From contig CAVUQH010000003.1 of NCBI GenBank assembly GCA_963743525.1, positions 1,056,001-1,120,000 of the forward strand: a stretch of 64,000 nt of DNA, given 5' to 3'. The notes beneath the pieces are model-generated. The model was not told where the DNA came from. It ran no database searches and saw nothing but the letters and a program-made list of their open reading frames with translations. Below, in pieces: positions 51,394 through 63,306 of the stretch. This DNA is from an uncultured delta proteobacterium. Lineage in GTDB: Bacteria > Myxococcota_A > Polyangia > Haliangiales > Haliangiaceae. The position numbers and the translations under genes were made by a program. Each line of letters opens with the position of its first letter. Within the stretch, counting starts at the first letter, position 1.

Positions 51394-53347
51394 ATGGCCT
51401 CCTCCGCCGTCGAGGTCCGTCTTCTCGGCGATCCGACCATCGTCGTGGCCGGTGACGAGCGCGTCGTCACCCGCCCACGCGAGCAGGCGGTGCTCGCCCG
51501 ACTGGCGCTGGCTGCGCCTGCCGCGGTGCCGGTCGAGACGCTGATCGACGACATCTGGGGCGACGACCCGCCGGCCTCGGCGATCGATGCGCTCCGCGTC
51601 CACGTCTCCAGCCTGCGCAAGCTGCTGTCGGGGTCCGACGTCGCCCCCGAGGAGGTGCTCGTGACCTCCCCCGGGGCCTACCGCCTCGATCTCGAACGCG
51701 ACGCGATCGACGTCCAGCGCGTCGAGGATGCGATCCACCAGCGGCGCCTGCGGACGGTGCGGGATCTTCTCGACCGCTGGCCCGAACAGGATCTGGGCCG
51801 CTTCGACACGGGATCGGGGTTCTTCACCGCCGCGGTGCGACGACTCGCAGAGTTGCGCGCGGAGGGGACCGAGGCGGTCGCTGCAGCCGACGTGGACGCT
51901 GGCCAGCACGAGCACGCCCAGGCCATGCTCGAGGAGCTCCTGCGTCTCGAGCCGTACCGCGAACAGGCCTGGGAGCTGCTGATCCGTTCGCTCGAAGCCT
52001 CGGGCCGCCGTACGGACGCACTCCGCACCGGCCAGCGAGCACGTGATGCGCTCGCCGAAGTGGGGATGGAACCGGGACCGGCGCTCGTCGCGGCCGAGCA
52101 GGCGGTCCTGGACCACGAGACCGGCGCGGAGCTGCGCCTGCACCCCAGCGAGTACGTCGACGTGGACGGCAGCCGCATCGCATTCCGCACGTTGGGCAGC
52201 CACGGACCGGACCTGCTGTTCATGCACGGCGGATTCGTTCCGTTCGAGGTCATGCCCGACGAGCCGCGGTTCGCCCGCTTCCTCGACCGGCTGGCCCGCC
52301 GGCACCGCGTGATCCTCCTCGACCGTCGTGGCATCGGCATGTCCGACCCGCCGGCCGGCGGTGCACCGGTCACGCTCGAGCACTGGGTGGCCGACTGCCG
52401 CGCCGTGCTGGATGCCGTGGGATCGCCACGTTGCTTCGTCTTTGCCCACGAGAACGCCGGGCCGGCCGCCATCCGCCTCGCAGCAGAAGACCCCGGACGG
52501 GTGCAAGGACTGGTGCTGCACTCGACCGTGGCCAAGTACCTCCGATCGTCCGACCACCCCTACGGGCCGACCGAGGATGCCTTCGAACGGGTCAACCGCA
52601 TGATCGATCGCATGCCTGGCGCAGACGACATCCTCACCTCCGTCGCCCCCAGCGTCGGCGACGACCCGGGACTGCGAGCGTGGCTCGACCGCCGCCGGTC
52701 GGTTGGGTGCCGGTCCAGCTCGGGCCCGGGAGTTGCACCGGGTGTACCTCGGTGTCGACGTACGGCGGTACCTCTCGCGGGTCCGGGCTCCGGCGATCGT
52801 CCTGCAGCCCGCTCGCCGCATTCGATCTGACCCGGGTCAGGGCCGCTACCTGGCCGAGCACCTGCCCGATGCCGAGCTACGGATGCTCGACAGCGGCGAC
52901 CATCTGCCGTTCCTCGCCGACGCCGACGCCGTCCTGGACGCCATCTGCCGGATCGTCGAGCGGGCGGATGCGCCGCCGGCAGCCGGGCAGAAGGTGCTGC
53001 GCGCCCTGGTGGGTGTGGCTCCGCCACCACCGGACCGTGCGCTCGAGGACTACGCGCCCGAGGCGTGTCTCGAGCTCGAAGGTGCCGTCGTGGCCGTGTT
53101 CCGCTCGAGCGACGCCGCCACTCGGTGCGCGACCGAGCTGCGGGAGCAGCACCCCGGGGTGAGCGCCGTGGTGGCCCTGGACGACACCCTGGCGACCGTG
53201 GAAGATGCCGCCGTCCTCGCGGTGGCCGCCGCTGCGCGGGCACCGGTTCGTGAGACTCGACCCCAGGGAGGGCTTCAGGTCGAGCCTCGACCTGCCGATG
53301 GGCACAACGACCCATGCGCCTCGCCCCGAGAAGGACCTGAACCGTGA
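51394..53347 (+). CDS. SARP-type regulator (wHTH+BTAD) fused to alpha/beta-hydrolase-like and degenerate cyclase-like domains
   Basis: VRLLG...LIDDIWGDDPP...LRVHVSSLRKLL, EPYREQAW, GMEPGPAL, LDRRGIGMSD, SGDHLP; one frameshift near 52700. Confidence 0.85.
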
Positions 53348-53535
53348 TCCACCGCACCGTCGACTCGCTGACCCCCGCCGTCTACATGGCGCTGGGCATC
53401 CTGCTGGCGCTGCTGTCCATCGCCAGCGGCGACCGGGCGACGTCGGGTGCGCTGCTGTCGGCCGCGTGCTGCTCGGTGGCGCTCACCGGCGCGAAGTGGA
53501 GCCAGCGGGAAGCCGCCACGGTCACCTCGGGCTGA
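53344..53535 (+). CDS. Small 2-TM membrane protein (63 aa)
   Basis: GTGA overlap with the upstream gene; two hydrophobic stretches. Confidence 0.55.
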   Translation: MIHRTVDSLTPAVYMALGILLALLSIASGDRATSGALLSAACCSVALTGAKWSQREAATVTSG

Positions 53536-53904
53536 GTTCGACAGCAAGGGCAGACGGCTGGAGATAGAAACCAGCCCCGATCACCACTTCTGCAGAAACT
53601 CCGATGCAGACGGGCGCACCAGAGAGCGGCACGTCGGCGCGCTCCCAACGTGGAGGTTCGGCACCGATCTCGGCTCCCAGCCGAGATGGGCGACGATCGT
53701 GTCCGACCTCGGTGCCTCTGGCTGCCAAGGATCGTGCTCGGGCTCGTCTCCGGGCCGAGTTCGAGCACGATCGTGCTCGAACTCGATCGCTCGCCCCGTT
53801 CCCACTGCCGGATCTTTGCGCACTTGTCGAACTCGGTGACGTCTCCCGATCGTCCATTCGGGGACGGTTTCTATCCCCAGGCTGTATCCCCTTGCTGCCG
53901 AACT
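53535..53904. repeat. REP/BIME- or MITE-like element with ~39-bp imperfect terminal inverted repeats and an internal 30-bp perfect palindrome
   Basis: AGTTCGACAGCAAGGG..CTGGAGATAGAAACC (53535-53572) vs its inverted copy at 53866-53904; CGAGTTCGAGCACGATCGTGCTCGAACTCG at 53756-53785. Confidence 0.75.
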
Positions 53905-53918
53905 GGCCTCGCGCTCGA

Positions 53919-54516
<598 letters not shown>

Positions 54517-54520
<4 letters not shown>

Positions 54521-55789
54521 GGCGTCAGGCGCTCGCCGAGGATCATGCCGGCGGCGACGGTGTTGTTGGTGGCCTCGTCGATGAGGATGAAGCTGCCGGT
54601 GGGGCGGTTGCGCCGGTACTCGTCGAAGAACAGCGGCGCGGTGGTGCGCAGCGTCACCCGGCCGATCTCGTTGAGCGCCAGCGAGTCGGCGTCCTCGTCG
54701 CGGTGGAGCGTGTTGACGTCGAGGCGGTACTGCAGGTCCTTCACCAGCGCCCGCGCCGACTTGGTGGTGTGCTTGATGGCCAGCTTCTGGCGCGGGCTGC
54801 AGCGCCGCCGGTCTCGGACATCCAGCACACCATGGCGTCGATGTCCTGGCCGACGCGTCGGCTGGTTCTTGGGCCGGCAGATCATGTCGCCGCGGGAGAT
54901 GTCGATGTCGTCGGCGAGGCGTGACCGTGACCGACATCGGCGCGAAGGCCTCGTCGACCGGGCCCGTCGGCGGTGTCGATGGCGCTGATGGTGGACGTGA
55001 AGCCCGACGGCAGCACGACGACCTCGTCGCCCGGCTTGAGCACGCCGCCGGCCACCGTGCCGGCGTAGCCGCGGTAGTCGTGGCCGTCCTTGCTCATCGG
55101 GCCGGATGCACGTACTGCACCGGGAAGCGGGCGTCGATGAGGTTGCGGTCGCGACGCGATGTGCACCTCTTCGAGGTGGTGCAGCAGCGGCGGGCCCTCG
55201 TACCACTTCATGTTGGCGGACTGGTCGACCACGTTGTCGCCGTGCAGCGCCGAGACCGGGATGAACGTGAGGTCGCTGGACGTCGAGCTTGGCGGCGAAC
55301 TCGCGGAACTCGGCCTTGATCTCCTCGAAGCGCTCCTCGCTCCAGTCGACGAGGTCCATCTTGTTGACGCAGACCACGAGGTGCGGGATGCGCAGCAGCG
55401 ACGCGAGGAACGCGTGGCGGCGCGACTGCTCGAGGATGCCGTTGCGGGCGTCGACCAGGATCAGGGCCAGGTCGGCGGTGGAGGCGCCGGTGACCATGTT
55501 GCGCGTGTACTGGATGTGGCCCGGGGTGTCGGCGATGATGAACTTGCGCCGGGGCGTGGCGAAGTAGCGGTAGGCGACGTCGATGGTGATGCCCTGCTCG
55601 CGCTCGGCCCGCAGGCCGTCGGTGAGCAGCGCCAGGTTGGTGTACTCGTCGCCGCGCTCGCTTGGACGTGCGCTCGACCGCGTCGAGCTGGTCCTCGAAG
55701 ATCGCCTTGGAGTCGTACAGCAGGCGGCCGATGAGCGTGGACTTGCCGTCGTCGACCGAGCCGGCCGTGGCGAAGCGCAGCAGCTCCAT
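54517..55789 (-). CDS. cysN: Sulfate adenylyltransferase subunit 1 (frameshifted)
   Basis: [54 protein letters not shown]. Confidence 0.95.
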
Positions 55790-55791
55790 GA

Positions 55792-56701
55792 TCAGAAGTA
55801 GCCCTCCCGCTTGCGGTCTTCCATGGCGGCCTCGCTGACGCGGTCGTCGGCCCGGGTGGCGCCCCGCTCGGTGATCCGGGTGGCGGCGACCTCGGCGATG
55901 ATCGTCCTCGAAGGTGCCGGCCGTGGACTCGACCGCGCCGGTGCAGGTCACGTCGCCGACGGTGCGGTAGCGGACGGTCTCGCTCGAAGACCTCCTCGCC
56001 GTCCATCAGCTCGATGTACTCGGACTCGGACAGCAACATGCCGTCGCGCTCGAAGACCCGCCGCTCGTGGGCGAAGTAGATCGGCGGGATCTCGACGTCC
56101 TCGTCGCGCGAGGTACTGCCAGATGTCGAGCTCGGTCCAGTTGCTGATGCGGGAACACCCGGATGTGCTCGCCCTGGCGGTGGCGGCCGTTGTAGAGGTT
56201 CCACAGCTCGGGCCGCTGGTTCTTGGGGTCCCACTGGCCGAACTCGTCGCGGAAGCTGAACACCCGCTCCTTGGCCCGGGCCTTCTCCTCGTCGCGCCGG
56301 GCGCCGCCGAACACGGCGTCGAAGCGGTGCTCCTCGATGGCGTCGAGCAGCGTGGTGGTCTGGAGCCGGTTGCGGCTGGCCCGTGGGCCGGTCTCCTCGA
56401 CCACCCGGCCCTGGTCGATCGACGTCCTGCACCGAGGCCACGACGAGCCGGGCGCCGGCCCGCTCGAGGCGGCGGTCGCGGAACTCGATGACCTCGGGGA
56501 AGTTGTGGCCGGTGTCGACGTGCATCACCGGGAACGGGATCGGGCCGGGGCGAAGGCCTTGACGGCCAGCTCGAGCATCACGACCGAGTCCTTGCCGCCG
56601 CTGAACAGCAGCACCGGCCGCTCGAACTCGGCGGCGACCTCGCGGATGATGTGGATGGCCTCGGCCTCGAGCGCGCGGAGGTGGGAGAGCTCGTAGGTCA
56701 T
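55792..56701 (-). CDS. cysD: Sulfate adenylyltransferase subunit 2 (frameshifted)
   Basis: [52 protein letters not shown]. Confidence 0.96.
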
Positions 56702-56785
56702 CGTCGGGTCGGCTGCTCGGTCGTCGGCCGCCGGGCACTGAGCGGTCAGAATGTACGGGCGGAGCCAGTTGGCTAGACAATCCCC

Positions 56786-57571
56786 GTGCCGCCGGATCCA
56801 CCTCGTCACCGCCGCCGACCACCCCTGGCCGCGCGCCTGGCCGTCGAGGCCGGCGCGCTGCTGCTCGTGCGGCGTGCGCGACGAGCTGGCCGCCGCCGGC
56901 GCCGACGCCGCAACGCTCAAGGACGAGGGCGACCGCCGGGCCAACGAGCTGCTGATGGCCGGCGCTGGCCGACCGCGATCCCGGCGGCCGACGCCGTCCT
57001 GTCCGAGGAGTCCCGGGCGACCCACGACGACGAGCGCCGCCTCGGCGCCGACCGGGTCTGGATCATCGACCCGCTCGACGGCACCCGCGAGTTCGGCGAG
57101 CCGCCCCGCACCGACTGGGCCGTGCACGTCGCCCTGTGCGTCGACGGCGTGCCCGAGTGCGGGGCGGTGGCGCTGCCGGCGCTGGACACGGTCTTCTCGA
57201 CCGCCGACCCGGTCGATCTCGCTGCCCGCCGGTCCCGACGCCCGCGGATCGTCGTCAGCCGCACCCGGCCCCCGGCCGAGGCCGAGACGGTGCGCGCCGC
57301 GCTCGGCGGCGTCCTGGTGGAGATGGGCTCGGCCGGCGCCAAGACGATGGCGATCCTGCGCGGCGAGGTCGACTGCTACCCGCACTCGGGCGGCCAGTAC
57401 GAGTGGGACTCGGCGGCGCCGGTGGCGGTGGCCCGGCACCACGGCCTGCACGCCAGCCGGCTCGACGGCAGCCCGCTCGTCTACAACAACGCCGACCCGT
57501 ACCTGCCCGACCTGCTGGTCTGCCGGCCCGAGCTCGCCGACGCCACGCTCGCCGCGCTGGGGCACCGCTGA
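56786..57571 (+). CDS. cysQ: 3'(2'),5'-bisphosphate nucleotidase
   Basis: [35 protein letters not shown]; divergent from cysD. Confidence 0.93.
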   Translation: MPPDPPRHRRRPPLAARLAVEAGALLLVRRARRAGRRRRRRRNAQGRGRPPGQRAADGRRWPTAIPAADAVLSEESRATHDDERRLGADRVWIIDPLDGTREFGEPPRTDWAVHVALCVDGVPECGAVALPALDTVFSTADPVDLAARRSRRPRIVVSRTRPPAEAETVRAALGGVLVEMGSAGAKTMAILRGEVDCYPHSGGQYEWDSAAPVAVARHHGLHASRLDGSPLVYNNADPYLPDLLVCRPELADATLAALGHR

Positions 57572-58401
57572 TGGAGCTCAAGACCATCCGCTACGAGGTG
57601 GCCGACCACGTGGCCCGCCTCACCCTCGACCGGCCCCACCGCGGCAACGCGTGGACGGGCCGGATGCACCTCGAGTACCGGTGGGCGATGACCGAGGCCG
57701 AGCGCGACGGCGACGTGCGGGTCGTGGTCGTGACCGGCGCCGAGCGGACGACGGACGCACCGCCTTCTGCGTGGGCGCCGACGCCAAGGCCCTCGAGGGC
57801 CACGTCGACAAGGGCGGCTACGACGACGGCCTGCGGCGGCGCCGAGCCGCCGATGCCCGACGTGGCCGACCCGTTCGCCGCCGACTTCGCCTTCCAGCTC
57901 GGCATGCGCACCCCGGTCGTCGCCGCGGTGAACGGCGCGGCCGCCGGCGTCGGTCTGGTCATCGCCTGCTTCGCCGACATCCGCTTCGCGGTGCGCGGCG
58001 CCAAGCTCACCACCGCGGCGCCGAAGCTCGGCTTCCCGGCCGAGTACGGCCTGTCGTGGCTGCTCCCCCGCCTGGTGGGCGCCGGGCGTGCCGCCGACTG
58101 GCTGCTGTCCGGGCGGGTCTTCCTCACCGACGAGGCCGGCGACGCCGGCCTGTTCTCGGCGGTGCTCCCCGCCGACGAGCTCGACCGCTCACGTCGAGCG
58201 ATACGTGACCGACCTCGCCCACCACGTCTCGCCGGCCTCGGTGGCCGCCACCAAGGCGCAGCTCTGGGGCGACCTGCTCCACGACGATCCCGGCCGCGGC
58301 GGTCGCCGAATCGATGCGCGCTGCTGCGCGAGATGTCCACCGGACCCGACTTCGTCGAGGGCGCGCGGGCGCTCAGCGAACGCCGCCGGCCCGAGTTCTG
58401 A
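57571..58401 (+). CDS. Enoyl-CoA hydratase/isomerase family protein
   Basis: [49 protein letters not shown]. Confidence 0.9.
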   Translation: MELKTIRYEVADHVARLTLDRPHRGNAWTGRMHLEYRWAMTEAERDGDVRVVVVTGAERTTDAPPSAWAPTPRPSRATSTRAATTTACGGAEPPMPDVADPFAADFAFQLGMRTPVVAAVNGAAAGVGLVIACFADIRFAVRGAKLTTAAPKLGFPAEYGLSWLLPRLVGAGRAADWLLSGRVFLTDEAGDAGLFSAVLPADELDRSRRAIRDRPRPPRLAGLGGRHQGAALGRPAPRRSRPRRSPNRCALLREMSTGPDFVEGARALSERRRPEF

Positions 58402-58426
58402 CCAGCGTTCTGGCCGCACGGCCGGC

Positions 58427-58452
58427 GTCTGCACCCCGTCGCCAGCGGGTAC
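58427..58452 (+). promoter_or_regulatory. Putative SigB/SigF-type promoter
   Basis: GTCT-N16-GGGTAC, 9 nt upstream of ATG 58462. Confidence 0.4.
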
Positions 58453-58461
58453 GTGAAGTAC

Positions 58462-58815
58462 ATGGCCCTCCGAGAAGACCACAGCCGAACCGACGCCGCC
58501 GACGAGACCGCGGCCGGCACTGAGCGACGATCCGGAGGTCGTCAACCAGTATCCCGGCACCGGTGTGACCACCGTGCTGCTGGCGCTGTTCGTCGTGTTC
58601 GTGGCCGGCATCATCGTGCTGGCACAGAACACGGCCGACGTCGCCTTCCAGTTCCTGTGGTGGGATCTGAGTCGCCGCTCATCGTCCTGCTGCTCGTGGC
58701 ATTCGCCGTGGGCGCCACCTCGACGCTGGGCGTCGCCGGCATCTGGCGCCATCGCCGCCGCCGCTCCCGCCGCGAGCGCGAAGAGCTCCAGCGCCTCCGC
58801 CGCAAGCAGAGCTGA
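58462..58815 (+). CDS. LapA/DUF1049-like membrane protein
   Basis: TM, LAQNTADVAFQFLWW, second TM, basic tail; frameshifted. Confidence 0.75.
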   Translation: MALREDHSRTDAADETAAGTERRSGGRQPVSRHRCDHRAAGAVRRVRGRHHRAGTEHGRRRLPVPVVGSESPLIVLLLVAFAVGATSTLGVAGIWRHRRRRSRREREELQRLRRKQS

Positions 58816-58890
58816 TTCGACGCTGCAACCCTGAGCGCCGACGGAGCCTGACCGCCGCGCAAACGGAGTCACTCCTGCGACAATGAGGTG

Positions 58891-60510
58891 ATGACGCCGA
58901 CCGACGCCGCCGCGGACCGTCCCGCCGACTACGACATCGGCGCCTTCTCGGACACTCCGCCGTGGATCGTCGACCGCGACGAGCTCACCTGGCTGCCTCC
59001 GCTGGCGCTGGCCCGGCGGCTCGTGCGCGACGAGATCCCGCGCATCACGACGCCCGAGCCGGCTCCCGCCGGCCCAGCGGCGTCACGAAGGTGGTCCGCC
59101 ACCTCGGCTGGGCCGTCGGCCGCTGGTTCATCGGCGCCCGCCGGAAGGGCGGCTCGGTGTCGCGAGCCGACCTGTCCCGCCGTCTGCGCATCGCCGCCGA
59201 GGCGCTCGGGCCCGACCTACATCAAGCTGGCCCAGATCATCTCCAGCGGCGAGGGCCTGTTCCCCGAGGAGCTGGTCGCCGAGACCAAGAAGTGCCGCGA
59301 CCAGGTGCCGCCCGAGCCGTGGGACGACGATCCGCGCCGTCGTCGAGGACGACCTCGGCCGCCCCATCGCCGAGCTCTTCTCGCACGTTCGACGACGACG
59401 CCGCTCGCCGCCGCCTCGATCGCCCAGGTGCACCGGGCCACGCTGCGCACCGGCGAGGACGTCGTGGTCAAGGTGCAGCGGCCCGCGGTGGCCACGCTGG
59501 TCCGCCAGGACCTGCGGGTCATGGCCTGGCTGGCCCCGAAGCTCGTCGGGCGCATCCCGGTCGCTGCGCTCGCCAACCCGCCGGCGCTCGTCGAGCTGTT
59601 CGCCGAGACCATCACCGAGGAGCTCGACTTCCGCCTCGAGGCCGAGAACATGCTCGACGTCGCCGCAGTCTTCGCCGAGCTCGGCCAGCGCGACTACGTC
59701 ATCCCCCGCCCCCACCCCGAGCTGGTGACCCGGCGGGTGCTGGTGATGGAGCGGCTCGACGGCTTCAAGTTCGACGACGTCGCCGGCATGCAGCGACGCC
59801 GGCGTCGACACCGACGCAGGTGGTGCGCACCGGCATGATCGGGTTCATGGAGGGTGCGCTGATCCACGGCATCTTCCACGGCGACCTCCACGGCGGGAAC
59901 CTGTTCGTGCGCCCCGACGGCCGGACGGCGCTGCTCGACTTCGGCATCACCGGCCGTCTCGACGAGTTCCAGCGCAGCGCCTTCCTGCGCCTGCTCATGT
60001 CGGGCACGTCGAACGACCCCAAGGGCCAGCTCGCCGCCTTCCGCGACCTCGGCGCGCTGCCCGCCGACACCGATCTCGACGCCGTCGTCCGCGACCTCGG
60101 CCTCGACCGCCACGAGGTGTTCGACCCCACCAAGGTGGACGGCCGACGAGCTGGTGGCCGAGATGCAGCGGGTCATCAAGGCGCTGCTCGGCTACGGCGC
60201 CCGGATCCCCAAGGAGCTCATGCTCTTCGTGAAGAACATGATGTTCGTCGACGGCGCCATCGCCACGCTGGCTCCCGACCTCGACATCCTCGCAGGAGAT
60301 CGCGCACGATCACGATGTACTTCGCCACCACCCACGGCGAGGCGCATCGCCAAGCACTCGGGCATGGACGCCGACGCGTGGGAGCTCGACATGGAGGGCG
60401 TGAAGGCCGGCTTCGGCATCAGCGACGACGTCGACCGGTTGACCTACCGCGACCTGCAGAAGCGGCGCGAGATCATCCGCAAGCGGCTCGAAGGCCGCCG
60501 CCTCGAGTGA
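58891..60510 (+). CDS. ABC1/UbiB/AarF atypical kinase (frameshifted)
   Basis: GPTYIKLAQ, PLAAASIAQVH, VVVKVQRP, EELDFRLEA, FHGDLHGGN, LLDFG. Confidence 0.92.
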
Positions 60511-61784
60511 GCAGACGCCACCTCGACGAGCTCGCAGCCGGGGTGCTCGTCGGCACCAGCCGCTTCATGGTGACCAACACCGTCGTCGTGGTGCACGAAG
60601 GCGCTGCGTTGGTGGTCGACCCGGGCGTGCACGACGACGAGCTGCTGGCCATCGTGGGCGAGCTGCGCGACCCGGGAGCACGACCGGTCGCCGGGTTCGC
60701 CACCCACGCCCACTGGGACCACGTGCTCTGGCACGAGTCGCTCGGCGACGTACCGCGCTGGTCGTCGCACCGCACCGCCGCCGACGCCCACCTCCACCGC
60801 GAGGAGCTGCTCGCCGAGGCCGAACGAACGACGCCAGTGGACCGGGATCGCTTCGGGATGCTCACCGCGCTGGACCAGCTGGTGCCCTGGAACGGTCCGA
60901 CGGCCGCCGCGGTCGTCCACGACGCGCACGCCCCCGGGCACACCGCCCTGCACCTGCCCGAGCTCGGGCTGCTCATCGCCGGCGACACGGGCAGCGACGT
61001 GGAGATCCCCCTGCTCGAGCACGGCCGACCGGCGCCCGAGGCGCTCGCCGCCTACCACGACGGCCTCGAACGCCTCGCCGGCCTGGAACGGGTCGACGTG
61101 GTGGTCCCGGGCCACGGTCATCCCTGCGACGGCGCCATGTGGCGTCGTCGCCTGGACGCCGACCGCCGCTACCTCGACGACCTGGCCGCCGGCCGCGCCA
61201 CCGACGACACCCGGCTGATCGAGCCGTGGCTGGTCGATGCCGACGCCGCCATGCGCGCGGCACTTGGCAAGGCGCAGTGGCGTCGGTGGGCTCGCACACT
61301 GCCGCCCCCGACCGAGCGGGCGGGTCTCGTCCGTGACGCCCTGACGCAGTTCCTGGGCGACTCGCCGGGCACGGTCGCCGGCTACGTCGGCCTCCCCGAC
61401 GAGGTCGACGTGGCGCCACTGCTCGCCGGTCTCGACGACGTGGTGCTCCCCCGCATCGACGGCGACCAGGTGCATTGGCACCGGGCGGGCGAGTCCCTGG
61501 AGCGACACCCGCTCGGCGTGCACCAGCCGCCGGCACACGCGGAGGAGGTCGACCCGGCGCAGCTGGACGTCGTGCTCGTCCCCGGACGCCTCTTCGACCG
61601 GCACGGCATCCGGCTCGGGCGAGGCGGCGGCCACTACGACCGGCTGGTGCCGCGCCTGCGGCCCGGCGTTCCGGTCATCGGTGTGACCGTCGAGGACCGC
61701 ATCGTCCGCCGCCTGCCGACCGAGTCGCACGACATGCCGATGACGCACCTGGCCACCGAGGCCGGCGTGTCCTCGACGTCCTGA
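60507..61784 (+). CDS. MBL-fold metallo-hydrolase fused to 5-formyltetrahydrofolate cyclo-ligase
   Basis: THAHWDH, HAPGH, AGD, VPGHG, then DEVD, VLPR, VVLVPG..FDRHGIRLGRGGGHYDR, ESHDMP; continuous 425-codon ORF. Confidence 0.88.
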   Translation: MSRRHLDELAAGVLVGTSRFMVTNTVVVVHEGAALVVDPGVHDDELLAIVGELRDPGARPVAGFATHAHWDHVLWHESLGDVPRWSSHRTAADAHLHREELLAEAERTTPVDRDRFGMLTALDQLVPWNGPTAAAVVHDAHAPGHTALHLPELGLLIAGDTGSDVEIPLLEHGRPAPEALAAYHDGLERLAGLERVDVVVPGHGHPCDGAMWRRRLDADRRYLDDLAAGRATDDTRLIEPWLVDADAAMRAALGKAQWRRWARTLPPPTERAGLVRDALTQFLGDSPGTVAGYVGLPDEVDVAPLLAGLDDVVLPRIDGDQVHWHRAGESLERHPLGVHQPPAHAEEVDPAQLDVVLVPGRLFDRHGIRLGRGGGHYDRLVPRLRPGVPVIGVTVEDRIVRRLPTESHDMPMTHLATEAGVSSTS

Positions 61785-61878
61785 GCGTCGGATTCCGACG
61801 CGGGCTTCGTCGAGAACGACCCGGTAGCGAACTCGACGCTCTGCGCGTCGGAATCCGACGCTCCACGGGTCGAGTTCG
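61783..61878. repeat. Paired REP-like palindromes
   Basis: GAGCGTCGGATTCCGACGCG (61783-61802) and its exact reverse complement (61844-61863); the second is enclosed by CGAACTCGAC/GTCGAGTTCG. Confidence 0.75.
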
Positions 61879-61901
61879 GCCGGGCTCTACGCTCGCCCGC
61901 C

Positions 61902-62562
61902 GTGCGCCTCGTCATCGCCCGCTGCTCCGTCGTCTACCGCGGCCGCCTCGATGCCCACCTCCCCACCGCCGACCGGCTCATCCTGGTGAAGGCCGACGGG
62001 TCGATCTCGATCCACTCCGACGACCGGGCCTACAAGCCGCTGAACTGGATGAACCCGCCGTGCACCATCACCGAGCACGACGACCGCTGGATGGTCCGCT
62101 CGAAGAAGGGCGAGGAGCTGGAGATCACCATCGAGGAGATCCACTCCGACACCAGCCGGTCACTCGGGGTCGAGCCCGGACTCCAGAAGGACGGCGTGGA
62201 GGCCCACCTCCAGGAGCTGCTGGCCGAGCGCACCGGCACCATCGGCGAGGGCTTCACGCTGGTGCGTCGTGAGTACCCAACCGACATCGGTCCCGGTCGA
62301 CCTGCTCTGCCGCGACACCGACGGCACCGCGGTGGCCATCGAAGTGAAGCGGCGGGGCGAGATCGACGGCGTCGAGCAGCTCACCCGCTACCTCGACTTC
62401 CTGAACCGCGATCCCCGGCTGGCACCCGTCCGGGGTGTGTTCGTCGCCGAGCAGATCAAGCCCCAGGCCAAGGTGCTTGCCGCCGACCGAGGCATCGACT
62501 GCGTCGAGGTCAGCTACGACGAGCTGCGGGGCATCGAGTCGTCGGAGCTGCGCCTGTTCTGA
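61902..62562 (+). CDS. nucS: Mismatch-specific endonuclease NucS/EndoMS (one frameshift)
   Basis: [53 protein letters not shown]. Confidence 0.96.
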
Positions 62563-62568
62563 GCCGGG

Positions 62569-63302
<734 letters not shown>

Positions 63303-63306
<4 letters not shown>

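Noticed and set aside
58962..61784. 940-aa ORF suggesting an ABC1 kinase-MBL-cyclo-ligase triple fusion
   Set aside because: The ABC1 C-terminus ends at TGA 60510 in another frame, with a GTGA overlap to the next gene.
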